Counted from the stretch's first letter, positions 1 to 10,402 are shown. The stretch is DNA of 64,000 bases from an uncultured Geobacteraceae bacterium (GCA_964603155.1 CAZRTZ010000003.1:85-64084), one strand, 5' to 3'. Notes: generated from the letters alone by a model not told the origin. Program-made: numbers and translations.

Positions 1-1365
1 TCTGCCGCATCGCGGCAACGGTCGATTCGACCGCGCACCCACCCTCCCGGGCATCCTTGGCCGCCAGGGTCGCGATCTTTTCGGTCTCCCGGGCGTTGTC
101 GGCGTTCTGCCGGATGTTGGCGGTCATCTGTTCGATGCTCGACGAGGCCTCCTCGGCGGCGGCCGCCTGCTCCGACGCCCCCTGCGAGAGGTTGCTGGCG
201 GTTTCGGCCACCACCACGCTCCCCTGGACGATCTGGAGGCTCGCCGCCTGGATCTGAGCGACCAAATCGTTGAGCGAATCGTTCGCCCTGGCCAGCGGCT
301 CACGGATGACGCCGTCGGCCTGGAAAGTGAAGTCGCCGCTCGCCAGCGCATCGAAGGCCGCCACCACCTCCTGCTGCATGTTGCTGGCAAAGGCATCGAT
401 CTCCTTGGCCATGATGCCGATCTCATCATCGCGCTCCAGTTGCAGGCGCTCGTCGAGATTGCCGCGGCCGATCTCCTGGATGACATGGACGGTCTTGCCG
501 AGCGGCGTGGTGATGCTCTTGGCGAAACGCCAGGCGAAGAGTGCGCCGAACACCAGGCTGAGGCCGGTCGACACCCAGAGGATCGCCTTGGAGCCTGCCG
601 CCGAGGCGTTAATTGCCGCTGTTGCCATGTCGCGGCGCTCTGCGGCGCGAACCGCCAGCGCCTCGGCGCTCTCCGTCACCTTATCGGCCTTCTCCCTGAT
701 CTTGCCGAGCAAGGTTTCGATCTCGTTGTCCTTGGCGACCAGCACGGCGAAGGCGGCGCTATAGCTATCCACGAGCGCAGCATTGCCACTCGACCTGAGT
801 TTCTGCGCGGTCTCCTCGTTTTTCTTCACATATTTCTCATCCTTGCGCAGCATGTAGTCCTTCTCGTGGCGACGCAGGGTGAGGTAGGTGACCATGGCGC
901 CGCCGCTGACGGACTGTTCCAGTTCGTGCGCCGACTTGCGGAACGCGCCGTAGGCCCCTTCGTCCTGGTTGAGCCCACGCGCCACCGAGACCGCGACGAA
1001 CTCTTTGAATCCCAGGCGGTAAGCTTCCAGGTCCTGGATAATGATTTTGGCCTCGCTGACGGCCTTTTCGTCGGACGTCTGCTGCTCGATTTCCCGGACG
1101 TGTTTCGTGGCGTCATCCAGATGTTTGTAGACCTGCTCGCTGTACTTGAGGTCCTGGCGCATCAGGAAGTCCTTCTCCCGACGCCGCACTTGCAGGACGT
1201 CGGTCATCAGCACTTCGGCCATTTCCATGGTCTTGGTCAGCCCCGCCACCTCCACCGAATAGCCGGTGGTGACCCGGCTGAGCTGATAAATACCGATGGC
1301 GGAAACGACCGTCATCAGCAGCATCAGCGCACCGAATGCCCACCCTAGTTTCGCTCCGATTTTCA
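1..1365 (-). CDS. Methyl-accepting chemotaxis protein, N-terminal part (C-terminus runs off the window start)
   Basis: Open minus-strand frame from ATG at 1365, absent from the ORF track because it has no stop in the window. My translation is MKIGAKLGWAFGALMLLMTVVS... It shows TM1, a helical sensor region, TM2 (ILWVSTGLSLVFGALFAW), HAMP (TPLGKTVHVIQEIGRGNLDERL) and the start of an MCP signalling domain (SQGASEQAAAAEEASSSIEQMTANIRQNA). Confidence 0.85.
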
Positions 1366-1385
1366 TGGTCTGTCTCCTTATCCGT

Positions 1386-1409
1386 CTTACTTGCTTGCTT
1401 GCTTGATTG
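1386..1409. repeat. Tetranucleotide microsatellite CTTA(CTTG)4ATTG, about 6 units, in the cheW-MCP spacer
   Basis: Plus strand reads cttacttgcttgcttgcttgattg; it lies in the 5' leader of the MCP gene. Confidence 0.7.
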
Positions 1410-1445
1410 ATCCCCGGTCTTTCAGGGGGCAGTTTTCACAAATGA

Positions 1446-1934
1446 TCAGGCGGCGCTGGCCTGCAGCTGCTGCAACTCGCCCCCGGCGAAGATTCGGGAG
1501 GTGTCGAGCAGGATCATGAAGCGCTCCTGGTGCCGGCCGATTCCCTTGATGTAATCGATGCGCATCGCCGTCCCGAGCCGCGGGGCCGGGCGGAGCTGGT
1601 CGTCATCGAGATCGAGCACCTCGCAGACTTCGTCGGCAAGGGCGCCGACCACCATCTGCCCGTCGGCGGTCGCCACTTCGAGGACGATCACGCACGAGTT
1701 GGCCGGGGGCGCGGTTCCCGCCGTGGCGAATTTGCGGCGCAGGTCGACCACCGGCACGATCGCGCCGCGCAGGTTGATGACCCCGAGCATGTATTCGGGG
1801 CTCTGCGGGACGCGCGTGAGCGCCGGCAGGTCGAGAATCTCGCGGGTCTCCCTGACATCGACGCCGAACAGTTCACCATCAAGGATGAAGGTCAGGTATT
1901 GTCCGGTCCGGTTTTCCTGGGCAGTATCGAGCAT
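1446..1934 (-). CDS. cheW: Chemotaxis coupling protein CheW
   Basis: 162 aa from internal ATG (MLDTAQENRTGQYLTFILDGELFGVDV...VINLRGAIVPVVDLR), typical CheW-domain sequence. The longer 317-aa ORF extension overlaps cheY and is compositionally odd. Confidence 0.9.
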   Translation of the reverse strand: MLDTAQENRTGQYLTFILDGELFGVDVRETREILDLPALTRVPQSPEYMLGVINLRGAIVPVVDLRRKFATAGTAPPANSCVIVLEVATADGQMVVGALADEVCEVLDLDDDQLRPAPRLGTAMRIDYIKGIGRHQERFMILLDTSRIFAGGELQQLQASAA

Positions 1935-1975
1935 GGTTTGATTCTCCTCGAAAAGTCGCTTGATCGCGTTGGCCT

Positions 1976-2341
1976 TCAGGCCGGGCAGACCATCCGCACC
2001 ACGGCCAGCAGGTTCTCGGGCCGGAACGGCTTGGTGACCCAAGCCGAGGCTCCGGCCTGCTTGCCGGCCTGCTTGAGTTCCGGCTGGGTCTCCGAGGTCA
2101 GCATGAGAATCGGCAGGAAGCGACAGCCGGGCGTGCGACGCACCGACTTGATCAGCTCCACGCCATCCATCTTCGGCATGTTGAGATCGGTCACCACCAT
2201 ATCGACGTGGCAATTGCTGAGTTTTTCCATGGCATCGATTCCGTCGGCAGCCTGGACCACGCGGTAGCCGGCAGTGGACAGCGCGTTTTCCAGGCAGAGG
2301 CGCACGGTTGGGGAATCGTCGACAGTCATAATAGTTTTCAT
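1976..2341 (-). CDS. cheY: CheY-like single-domain response regulator
   Basis: 121 aa. MKTIMTVDDSPTVR, acceptor Asp context VVTDLNMPKMDG, conserved KPF. Confidence 0.9.
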   Translation of the reverse strand: MKTIMTVDDSPTVRLCLENALSTAGYRVVQAADGIDAMEKLSNCHVDMVVTDLNMPKMDGVELIKSVRRTPGCRFLPILMLTSETQPELKQAGKQAGASAWVTKPFRPENLLAVVRMVCPA

Positions 2342-2382
2342 GGCAGTGTCTCCTCACGGACGGAGCAAATTGATTAATGCAG

Positions 2383-2398
2383 CGCATTCGACTTGCCA
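2383..2398 (-). promoter_or_regulatory. Candidate sigma-54 (-24/-12) promoter upstream of cheY
   Basis: Minus strand reads TGGCAAGTCGAATGCG. GG-N10-GC spacing is correct, the -12 element is imperfect (ATGC versus TTGC), and it sits about 42 nt before the cheY ATG. Confidence 0.35.
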
Positions 2399-2467
2399 TG
2401 CGATGAATTCATCCATCGTGCCAACTGCTTAACATGCTGATATTGCTACTTAAATTCGAAAACAAAA

Positions 2468-2500
2468 AACCTTTGCCATGCCCAGGGCATAACAAAGGTT
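2468..2500 (-). terminator. Rho-independent-type terminator after the EBP operon (alternative: EBP enhancer site)
   Basis: Stem AACCTTTG/CAAAGGTT encloses palindrome ATGCCC-A-GGGCAT. On the minus strand the stem is followed by a T6 run. Confidence 0.5.
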
Positions 2501-2561
2501 TGGTCTGCTACCGGAGATTTTTTCTAACCGACCGTTATTGTTATAAATCTATCCTTTAACA

Positions 2562-2594
2562 AAAGTTATGGCTTGCCATCCCGGGCATAACTTT
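2562..2594 (-). terminator. Hairpin immediately downstream of the EBP gene; related to the 2468-2500 element
   Basis: 9-bp arms AAAGTTATG/CATAACTTT with a 15-nt loop containing TTGCCATCCCGGGCATAAC. Minus strand is followed by TTTTGTT. Confidence 0.35.
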
Positions 2595-2609
2595 CGGGGC
2601 CGCGCGGAG

Positions 2610-4016
2610 CTAAAACTCGTCGTCGGTCCCTTCCGCCATCTTCTTCAACCGCTTGCTCAACGCCGGCTGGCTGATGCCGAGCAACTTCGCGGCGGCCGTG
2701 CGATTCCCGCCGGTGCGCTCCAGCGCTTCGAGCACCAGGGTTCTGACCGTTTCGCGAATGGTGGGGAAGTTCTCGCTATCGGCACTCGCCGCGGCGGGGT
2801 CGGCCGGGCTGGCAGCAACAGCACAAGCCGCGGCGGTCAGCGGCCCGGCGCCGTGGCGGCTGAGGGCCTCGAAAGCGATGGCCCGCAACTCGCGGATGTT
2901 GCCGGGGAACGGCAGGCGCGCCAGCCCGGCCAGAAGCGAGGCGGCGGCCTCCGGCACGGGCCGGCCCAGCTGACTGGCAGCCTCGGCAAGAAAGTGCCGG
3001 AACAGCAGCGGCACATCCTCGGTGCGCTCGCGCAACGGGGGGATGGCGATCTGGTGGGTACGCAGGCGGAAGTAGAGGTCGCGGCGGAAGGTGCCGGCCT
3101 CGCTGCGCGCCGGCAGGTCCTGGTGGGTGGCGAAGACCAGGCGCGCCCGCCCCTTTTTCGGCTGGTCGCTCCCCAGTGGATAGTATTCGCCATCCTGGAT
3201 GAAACGCAGCAGCTTAATCTGCGAGGCCGGCTCCAGGTCGCCGATTTCGTCAAGGAACAGCGTCCCCCCGGCGGCCTGTTCAACCAGCCCGGCCCGCGCC
3301 CGGTCGGCACCGGTGAAGGCTCCGCGTACGTGCCCGAACAGGGTGTCGGAGAAGGCCTGATCGTCGAGGCCGGCGGCGTTGACCGCCACCCACGGCCCCT
3401 TGGGCCGGCTGGTCTCATGGATCGCCCGGGCCAGCAACTCCTTCCCTACCCCGCTCTCGCCGACCAGCAAAACCGGCTCGCTGCTGGCGGCAATCGCCTC
3501 GATATAGCCGAAGATCGCCTCCATCTGCGGGCTGGCCGTGAGGATGCCGGCGAAAGCCGCCGATCTCTGCGGCGACTGCGCCAGCAGGCGCTCCTTGAGC
3601 GCCTGGTTTTCCTGTTGCACTTCGCGAACCTCCAGGGCCCGCCGGACCGAGGTGAAGAGCCTGGTCAGCTCCTCGACCTTGAGGAAGTAGTCGAAGGCCC
3701 CTTCGCGCATGCAGTTGACGGCGATCTCCACCTCGTTGCGCCCGGTGACGACGATCACCGGCACGTCGGGGTGCTGCTGGCGCAGCAGGGGGAGCAGCTG
3801 CTCGCCGGTGAGATGCGGTATGGTCACATCGAGCAGCAGCAGGCTGACCGGCTGCCTGGCCAGGGTCGGCAGCACCTCGCGGCCGTCCTGGCAGAGGATC
3901 ACGTTGCCGATGCCGACCTCCTTGAGCAGCGCCAGGCGCATGCCGCGCAGCCACTCAATCTCGTCGTCCACCAGCATGACCGGCAGGGCCGGGTAGAGTT
4001 CAGTCGCCATTGCCAT
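2610..4016 (-). CDS. Sigma-54-dependent response regulator (NtrC-family enhancer-binding protein)
   Basis: 468 aa. REC domain ([16 protein letters not shown]), AAA+ Walker [15 protein letters not shown] loop (VRGAFTGA), C-terminal HTH ([18 protein letters not shown]). Confidence 0.92.
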   Translation of the reverse strand: MAMATELYPALPVMLVDDEIEWLRGMRLALLKEVGIGNVILCQDGREVLPTLARQPVSLLLLDVTIPHLTGEQLLPLLRQQHPDVPVIVVTGRNEVEIAVNCMREGAFDYFLKVEELTRLFTSVRRALEVREVQQENQALKERLLAQSPQRSAAFAGILTASPQMEAIFGYIEAIAASSEPVLLVGESGVGKELLARAIHETSRPKGPWVAVNAAGLDDQAFSDTLFGHVRGAFTGADRARAGLVEQAAGGTLFLDEIGDLEPASQIKLLRFIQDGEYYPLGSDQPKKGRARLVFATHQDLPARSEAGTFRRDLYFRLRTHQIAIPPLRERTEDVPLLFRHFLAEAASQLGRPVPEAAASLLAGLARLPFPGNIRELRAIAFEALSRHGAGPLTAAACAVAASPADPAAASADSENFPTIRETVRTLVLEALERTGGNRTAAAKLLGISQPALSKRLKKMAEGTDDEF

Positions 4017-6282
4017 CCTCCATGAGCGCCGGGAATTCGAGGGTGAACGTCGCCCCCCGCCCGGGTTCGGATTCGATCTTCATCATTCCCTGGTGCTCGG
4101 CGATGATCCGCGCCGACACCGACAGCCCCAGGCCAGTGCCGCCGGATTCGCGCCGGGTGGTGAAAAACGGGTCGGTGATCTTCTCCATGATGCCGGCGGG
4201 GATGCCGGTCCCCTCGTCGCGCACCTTGAGGGTCACCCGGCGGCGCACCCGATCGGCAAACACTCTGATTTCGATGGCCTGCGCCGGGTCGGTCAGGGCA
4301 TGGCAGGCGTTCTGCAGCAGGTTCACCACCACCTGTTCGAGGCGCTGGGACGAACCGCTCACCTTCGGCAGGTCATCGGGGATATCCACCACCAGGAACT
4401 GGGTGCTGTTCTTGAGCAGGTTCCCCAATAGCCGCAGCGCCCCGCTCACGACCTCGCCGAGGTCGACCACCTCCTGCGTCCCCTGCGCCTCCATGCGGGC
4501 GAAGTTCTTGAGCTCCTCAACGATGGCCCGAATCCGCTGGGCGCCGCCGAGGATATCAAGGAGGCTCTGCGGGACCTCCTCGCGCACCATCGCGTAGGGC
4601 AGCCCGCCGAAACGCATCGACGCGTGCTCGCCGGGGAGTTCGTCGAGATAGGCGAGGAGATCGGCGAAGACCTCCTGCACCACCGGAACCGACATCAGGA
4701 TCAGGCCGGTCGGGTTGTTGATCTCGTGGGCCACCCCGGCGGAGAGGCTGCCCAGCGCCGCCAGGTGCGCCGCCCGCGTCGCCTCCTCGCGCAGCTGCAT
4801 CTTTTCGGTGAGGTCGCTCGCTATCTGGATGACGTTGCTGATCTTTCCGGCACTGTCCCGGACCGGGAAACCCTTGACCCCCCAGGTGCGGCCGTAAGCG
4901 CCGGTGCGCACCCCCTCGAAGGGCTGCCCGGAGGCGAACACCGCGCGCAAGCACTCGGCACACACCTCCGTGCAGTCGCCGACCCAAAGCTGATGGCAGG
5001 TGCGCCCCCGCAGTTCTTCCTGGCTGCAGCCGAACTGCTCGACCGCACCGCGGTTGGCCCAGACCACTTCGAGCCTGGAGTTGAACAGCACCAGGGAGTC
5101 GGCAATCCCCTCGAGGACCGCCTCGAACTCCTGGGAGAGCCGGCGGAAGCGCTGCTCGCTGTCGCGCAGGGCCTGTTCGGTTTTCTTCTGCGTTGTGACG
5201 TCCCGGCCGATGGCGCGGAAATAGACCGGATCCCCCGAGTAATCGCAGACGACGCCGAAGGCCCAGGAGACATGGGGACTCTCGCCGGTGGCGCGAAGCA
5301 GGCGATTCTCGATCTCCACGCTGGCATCTTTGGCCGCGACCCACTCCTCCAATGTTCGGCGGGTCGACTCCCGCTCGTCCGGATGGATGAAGTCGAGAAA
5401 GCTGCGGCCGATGCAGGAGGCGGCCGGACTCTCGAACATCCGTTCCGTGGTCTGATTGACGAACAGGCAGCACAGGTCGGCGTCGAGCTTCAGAAAGAGG
5501 GCATCGACGTTTTCCACCAGTTCGCGGTAACGTTGCTCACCGATCGAAAGGGCTCTCTGCCGGTAGGCGATCGTCTCGACCAGGCGCCCGAAGGTCTCAT
5601 GCATCTGGCGCACTTCCGCGAAACCGTAACGTTGCGTCTCCCCGGAAAAGACCGCCCGCTCTTCATTGACGCCGAACGCCACTGTCTCGGCTTGCAGCAT
5701 GGCCCGGCGCAGATTTTCCAGTGGCCGCACCAGCGCCCGGCGCACGACTTCGCCAAGGATCAACAGGAACAGCAGGATCATCAGGATGTTTTTCCCCTGC
5801 CGGACCGTGATTTTCTTAAGTAACTGCTGGTGCATGTACCGCTGGTCGAAAACCAGCGCGACTTCGCCGACGATCAACTGTCCTGCCGGGGTGCCGCTCG
5901 CCGAAAGGTGCAGCGGCATCTTCATCTCGACAAAACTACTCCCCTGCGGCAGGGCTTGGATGTCGACGATCCGGCCGCCTTCCCCGCGGGACAATCCGGC
6001 CAGCAGCCGTTGCCGGTTGCGGGTCCATGCGGCGGCCGCCTCCAGCCCCTCTTCGGGAAACTCCGCCAGCAGCACGTCGCGCACCGATTCCCGGTCGAAC
6101 TCGTAAACCGAGCGGCGCAGGGTCAGGGCCAGCCGGTTGCCAATGCTGGTTAGTTTGGCTTGGATCTCGCGTTCGATGAGCAGCTTGCCGGCATGGTATT
6201 CCATCACCCCGGAGACACCGAGAACCAGCAGCGCACAGCCCCCGAGCAGCAGAACCAATTTGCCGGCAACACCGATCTTCAT
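4000..6282 (-). CDS. Sensor histidine kinase (two TM segments, periplasmic domain, HAMP, PAS x2, HisKA, HATPase_c)
   Basis: 760 aa. TM segments, H-box SAGVAHEINNPTG, G-boxes DEGTGIP and GGTGLGLSVS. Overlaps the EBP start by 17 nt and the upstream binding-protein stop by 4 nt. Confidence 0.9.
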   Translation of the reverse strand: MKIGVAGKLVLLLGGCALLVLGVSGVMEYHAGKLLIEREIQAKLTSIGNRLALTLRRSVYEFDRESVRDVLLAEFPEEGLEAAAAWTRNRQRLLAGLSRGEGGRIVDIQALPQGSSFVEMKMPLHLSASGTPAGQLIVGEVALVFDQRYMHQQLLKKITVRQGKNILMILLFLLILGEVVRRALVRPLENLRRAMLQAETVAFGVNEERAVFSGETQRYGFAEVRQMHETFGRLVETIAYRQRALSIGEQRYRELVENVDALFLKLDADLCCLFVNQTTERMFESPAASCIGRSFLDFIHPDERESTRRTLEEWVAAKDASVEIENRLLRATGESPHVSWAFGVVCDYSGDPVYFRAIGRDVTTQKKTEQALRDSEQRFRRLSQEFEAVLEGIADSLVLFNSRLEVVWANRGAVEQFGCSQEELRGRTCHQLWVGDCTEVCAECLRAVFASGQPFEGVRTGAYGRTWGVKGFPVRDSAGKISNVIQIASDLTEKMQLREEATRAAHLAALGSLSAGVAHEINNPTGLILMSVPVVQEVFADLLAYLDELPGEHASMRFGGLPYAMVREEVPQSLLDILGGAQRIRAIVEELKNFARMEAQGTQEVVDLGEVVSGALRLLGNLLKNSTQFLVVDIPDDLPKVSGSSQRLEQVVVNLLQNACHALTDPAQAIEIRVFADRVRRRVTLKVRDEGTGIPAGIMEKITDPFFTTRRESGGTGLGLSVSARIIAEHQGMMKIESEPGRGATFTLEFPALMEDGNGD

Positions 6283-7166
6283 CGGCCGACTCCCGCCCGG
6301 TCGGCGGCCGGTTGCTTATGGCGCCAGTCGGTCATGCCGTAGCGGTCGAGGATCGCCTGCAGCTGGCCGGTGACCCGCAGATCATCGATCTTGCGGTCGA
6401 GCATCTGCGCAAACGCCTCGGCATCTTCCAGCCGTGGCGAAAATGCGGCATAGATCCGCACCGCCGGCCCGATCGGGCCGGCGGTGCGGATCCTGACCCG
6501 GCCGCGATGCTGCTTCATGTAGTAACTGACGACTTCCTGGCCTTCAACGAAAACATCGATGTCTCCATCCTGGAGGGCGGCGACCATGCGGTCGAGGGGA
6601 TATTCGCCGCGCGCGAACCAGACCTTGCCGGTCTTGGCGTTTCGGCGAAGGTACAAGTCGAGGAGTTCGGTGTAGTCGTAGTCCTGGGCCACGCCCAGTC
6701 TGACCCGCTGCAGATCTTGCAGGCCGGTATAACTCCAGCGGCTGCCGGGGAGCGTATAGAACACCGCCTGGTCAATGCCCAGGGACGACTCCGGAAAGAC
6801 CATGTCAGGAGTTTGCGAAAAGACCGTGCCGACCAGGCCGTCGTATCGGCCTTCGCGGACCTCCTGGACACAGCGTGTCCAGGGGAGGGTCGAATACTCG
6901 ACCTGGTAGCCGAGGGGCTCGTAAACCTGGCGCATGATGTCGATGAGATAGCCCTCGCGAGCGGTGCCCGCTTCTCCGGTATAGGGCATCCACAGGTCGG
7001 AGCAGATCTTAAGCGGTCGGAGAGAGCTCTTCTGCGTTTCAGGAGGTGTTGTGACGACTGAAGGTGACGCGGTGGGCTGAGCAGTCAACCATAATGGCTG
7101 ATAGATAAGCAGAGCCAGTATTCCGAAGATGGCTAGGCAGCAAAGGCTGAACCAGAGAGTCCTCAC
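6279..7166 (-). CDS. Membrane-anchored periplasmic solute-binding protein (family-3, amino-acid-type fold) cotranscribed with the kinase
   Basis: ORF 6279-7178 begins with TTG. I prefer GTG at 7166, preceded by GGGAG. N-terminal anchor LWFSLCCLAIFGILALLIY, then an SBP_bac_3-like sequence (LKICSDLWMPYTG...YDGLVG). Confidence 0.7.
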   Translation of the reverse strand: MRTLWFSLCCLAIFGILALLIYQPLWLTAQPTASPSVVTTPPETQKSSLRPLKICSDLWMPYTGEAGTAREGYLIDIMRQVYEPLGYQVEYSTLPWTRCVQEVREGRYDGLVGTVFSQTPDMVFPESSLGIDQAVFYTLPGSRWSYTGLQDLQRVRLGVAQDYDYTELLDLYLRRNAKTGKVWFARGEYPLDRMVAALQDGDIDVFVEGQEVVSYYMKQHRGRVRIRTAGPIGPAVRIYAAFSPRLEDAEAFAQMLDRKIDDLRVTGQLQAILDRYGMTDWRHKQPAADRAGVGR

Positions 7167-7268
7167 GGTTACTCCCAAGAAAATTCACGTTTATGCCGAA
7201 AAACTCCTTAACTATAACAAAAGAAGTCGGTTTCGTAAAAAAACACGCTCCTTTGCATACCACAATTT

Positions 7269-8009
7269 CTACTCGGGATAACTGACTTCCATCAGGCATA
7301 ATCCCTGCGGCGGGGCGTTGACCCCTGCGCGCATCCCCGGCTCACGGCCCAGCAGACGGGGGATGTCGGCCACCGGTCGCTTCCCCCTGCCGATCTCCAC
7401 CAGGGTGCCGGTCAGCAGGCGCACCATGTTGCGCAGAAAACCACTGCCGCGCACGTCGATATGCAGGAAATCGCCTTCCTCGGTCACTTCGACATGCTCC
7501 AGAAGGCGCACTGTTTCCCTGGCCGAACAGCCACTGGCACGGAAAGCGCCAAAATCGTGCTCGCCGACCAAAAGTGCGGCCGCCCGGCGCATCGCTTCCA
7601 GGTCGAGCGCACCGCGCACCAGCCAGGAATTGCGCCCGGCCAGCGGCGAGCGCACGGCTCGCCTGTCGATGGTGTAGCGATACCACTTGCCGGCCGCCTG
7701 GAAACGGGCGTGGAAGTCGGCCGGCATCACCCTCGCCTCGCGCACGGCGACATCATCCGGCAACAGGCAGTTGAGCCCGTCGCGAAAAGCCGTCAGGGGC
7801 AACTCCCGGGCGGTACGGAAATGCACCGGCATGGCCCGGGCATGCACCCCGGCGTCGGTACGCCCGGCCGACTGCACGCGCACCGGTTCACCGAGAAGCC
7901 TTTCCAGCGCCGCCTCGACCTCCCCCTGCACGCTGCGACCGTTGGGCTGCAGCTGCCAGCCCGCGAAGTCAGTACCGTCGTATTCGAGAATCAGCAGAAT
8001 GGTGCGCAT
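7269..8009 (-). CDS. truA: tRNA pseudouridine(38-40) synthase TruA
   Basis: 246 aa. MRTILLILEYDGTDFAGWQLQPNGRSVQ and catalytic motif GRTDAGVHA. Confidence 0.93.
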   Translation of the reverse strand: MRTILLILEYDGTDFAGWQLQPNGRSVQGEVEAALERLLGEPVRVQSAGRTDAGVHARAMPVHFRTARELPLTAFRDGLNCLLPDDVAVREARVMPADFHARFQAAGKWYRYTIDRRAVRSPLAGRNSWLVRGALDLEAMRRAAALLVGEHDFGAFRASGCSARETVRLLEHVEVTEEGDFLHIDVRGSGFLRNMVRLLTGTLVEIGRGKRPVADIPRLLGREPGMRAGVNAPPQGLCLMEVSYPE

Positions 8010-8030
8010 CGCTTTCGACCCGGAATGTCA

Positions 8031-8052
8031 ACGGGGGCCAACCGGCCCCCGT
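8031..8052 (-). terminator. GC-rich hairpin between asd and truA
   Basis: ACGGGGGCC-AACC-GGCCCCCGT, a 9-bp stem. No strong U-run on the minus strand, so probably a partial terminator or processing site. Confidence 0.3.
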
Positions 8053-8054
8053 TT

Positions 8055-8086
8055 CCCTCCTCACTCCTTACGCCTCACACCTCACC
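8055..8086 (-). repeat. Degenerate heptanucleotide tandem repeat (GTGAGGN x4) starting at the asd stop codon
   Basis: Minus strand reads GGTGAGGTGTGAGGCGTAAGGAGTGAGGAGGG. Confidence 0.7.
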
Positions 8087-9182
8087 GGTTTTCCGCCAGG
8101 ATTCGCACCATGCGCCGGAGCGGCTCGGCGGCGCCCCACAGCAGCTGGTCGCCGCAGGTGAAGGCCGAGACGTACTGCGGCCCCATCTTCATCTTGCGCA
8201 CACGGCCGATCGGCACTTCGAGCAGGCCGGAGACCGCGGCCGGGGTCAGCTGCGACACCGAGTCGGCCTTGGTGTTGGGGATCAGCTTGACCCACTGGTT
8301 GTCGTTGGCGATCAGTTGCTCGATGTCGGCAATCGGCACGTCCTTGGTCAGCTTGATGGTCATGGCCTGGCTGTGGCAGCGCATGGCGCCGACGCGTACA
8401 CAGATGCCGTCAACCGGGATCGGGCTGGAGGTGCCGAGAATCTTGTTGGTCTCGACACACCCTTTCCACTCTTCGCGACTCTGGCCGTCTTCAACCTCAC
8501 GGTCGATCCACGGCAGCAGATTGCCGGCCAGCGGCGCACCGAACTCCTTCTTGGGCATGCTGTCGCTGCGCAGAGCGGCGGTGACGTCGCGATCGATTTC
8601 GAGGATCGCCGAAGACGGATTCTTGAGCAACCCGGCGACCGAGCTGTTCAGTACGCCCATCTGGTCAAGGAGTTCGCGCATGTTCGGCGCGCCGGCGCCG
8701 GAGGCCGCCTGGTAGGTCATGGTCGAGAGCCACTCGACCAGGCCGGTGCGGAACAGCCCGCCCAGCGCCATCAGCATCAGGCTGACCGTGCAGTTGCCGC
8801 CGATGAAGTCCTTCTGGCCGTTTTTGAGCGCCGCATCGATGACGTTGCGGTTGACCGGGTCAAGGATGATGACCGCATCCTTCTCCATGCGCAGCGTCGA
8901 GGCGGCATCGATCCAGTAGCCGTTCCACCCCTGCTTGCGCAGTTCCGGATGGACGGCCTTGGTGTAGTCACCCCCCTGGCAGGTGAGGATGACGTCGAGC
9001 TTTTTCAGCGTGGCGATGTCCTCGGCGCTAATCAGCTTGCCGGCGCCCATCGGGGCATCCTGCCCGGCCTGGGAGGTGGAGAAGAAGACCGGCTCGATGC
9101 CGGCGAAATCGTTTTCCTCCTGCATGCGCTGCATGAGGACCGAACCGACCATTCCGCGCCAACCGACGATACCGACTTTCAT
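8082..9182 (-). CDS. asd: Aspartate-semialdehyde dehydrogenase
   Basis: 366 aa. [16 protein letters not shown] (NAD-binding site) and active-site [13 protein letters not shown]. Confidence 0.95.
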   Translation of the reverse strand: MKVGIVGWRGMVGSVLMQRMQEENDFAGIEPVFFSTSQAGQDAPMGAGKLISAEDIATLKKLDVILTCQGGDYTKAVHPELRKQGWNGYWIDAASTLRMEKDAVIILDPVNRNVIDAALKNGQKDFIGGNCTVSLMLMALGGLFRTGLVEWLSTMTYQAASGAGAPNMRELLDQMGVLNSSVAGLLKNPSSAILEIDRDVTAALRSDSMPKKEFGAPLAGNLLPWIDREVEDGQSREEWKGCVETNKILGTSSPIPVDGICVRVGAMRCHSQAMTIKLTKDVPIADIEQLIANDNQWVKLIPNTKADSVSQLTPAAVSGLLEVPIGRVRKMKMGPQYVSAFTCGDQLLWGAAEPLRRMVRILAENR

Positions 9183-9234
9183 GGCACTATTCCTTTTCTC
9201 GATTTGTTTGTTTGGAATTTACAGTACTTCATTT

Positions 9235-10323
9235 CTACAGATTGGCAACAATCGCGTCGCCCATTTCCTTCGTATTGACCACGCGTTCACCCTCTTTTTT
9301 CTGGAAGATGTCACGGGTTCTCAGCCCCTGATCGAGCACCTTCGCCACGGCGTTGTCGATAGCGTCAGCCGCCTCGAGCATGCCGAAGGAGAATTTGAGC
9401 ATCATGGCCGTGGAGAGGATCTGCGCGATCGGGTTGGCGATCCCCTGGCCGGCGATGTCCGGGGCGCTGCCCCCCGACGGCTCGTACATGCCGAAGGTCC
9501 CTTCCGCCAGGGAGGCCGAGGGAAGCATCCCCAGGGAGCCGGTGAGCATCGCCGCCTCGTCGGAAAGGATGTCGCCGAACATGTTCTCGCACAGGATCAC
9601 GTCGAACTGCTTCGGCCACTTGACCAGCTGCATGGCCGCGTTGTCGACGTACATGTGCGACAGGGCCACATCGGGGTACTCCTTGGCAATCGTGGTGACG
9701 ATCTCGCGCCAGAGCACCGACGAGGAGAGGACGTTGGCCTTGTCGATGGAGCAGACCTTCTTGTCGCGCTTGCGTGCCGCCTGGAAGGCCACATGGGTGA
9801 TACGTTCGATCTCCGGCACGCTGTAGCGCATGGTATCGAAACCGACCCGCTCACGCCCCTCCCCTTCGATCCCCTTCGGCTGGGCAAAGTAGATGCCGCC
9901 GGTCAGTTCGCGAATCACCAGCACGTTGAAACCGCCGGCGATCACCTCTTCCTTGAGGCTGGAGGCGCCGGTCAGCGACGGGAAGATGATGGCCGGGCGC
10001 AGGTTGGCGTAGAGGCCGAAGATTTTGCGCAGGGGGAGCAGGGCGCCGCGCTCGGGCTGCTCGTCAGGGGGGAGGCTCTCCCATTTGGGGCCGCCGACCG
10101 AACCGAACAGGATGGCATCGGATGCCTTGCAGATGTCGATGGTGGTCTGCGGCAGCGCCTTCCCTTCGAGATCGATGCCGGCGCCGCCGACATTGGCGTG
10201 GGTGCGCTCGAATTTGACGCCGTACTTGCTCTCGATGGCATCGAGAACCTTGAGGGCCTCGGCCATCACCTCCGGGCCGATGCCGTCACCGGGCAGGACC
10301 GCGACCTTGAATGTTTTAGACAT
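9235..10323 (-). CDS. leuB: 3-isopropylmalate dehydrogenase
   Basis: 362 aa. [36 protein letters not shown]. Confidence 0.95.
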   Translation of the reverse strand: MSKTFKVAVLPGDGIGPEVMAEALKVLDAIESKYGVKFERTHANVGGAGIDLEGKALPQTTIDICKASDAILFGSVGGPKWESLPPDEQPERGALLPLRKIFGLYANLRPAIIFPSLTGASSLKEEVIAGGFNVLVIRELTGGIYFAQPKGIEGEGRERVGFDTMRYSVPEIERITHVAFQAARKRDKKVCSIDKANVLSSSVLWREIVTTIAKEYPDVALSHMYVDNAAMQLVKWPKQFDVILCENMFGDILSDEAAMLTGSLGMLPSASLAEGTFGMYEPSGGSAPDIAGQGIANPIAQILSTAMMLKFSFGMLEAADAIDNAVAKVLDQGLRTRDIFQKKEGERVVNTKEMGDAIVANL

Positions 10324-10373
10324 GGCTTATCTCTCCGACAGTCAGATGATTGCTTTCCCTTTAACAGCGTGAC

Positions 10374-10402
10374 ACTATAGGAGCGTAACTGGCCGATGTC
10401 AA
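10374..10402 (-). promoter_or_regulatory. Sigma-70-type promoter for leuB-asd
   Basis: Minus strand has TTGACA, a 17-nt spacer and TATAGT, about 50 nt upstream of the leuB ATG. The -35 element lies inside the perfect palindrome GTCAATTGAC (10398-10407). Confidence 0.5.
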
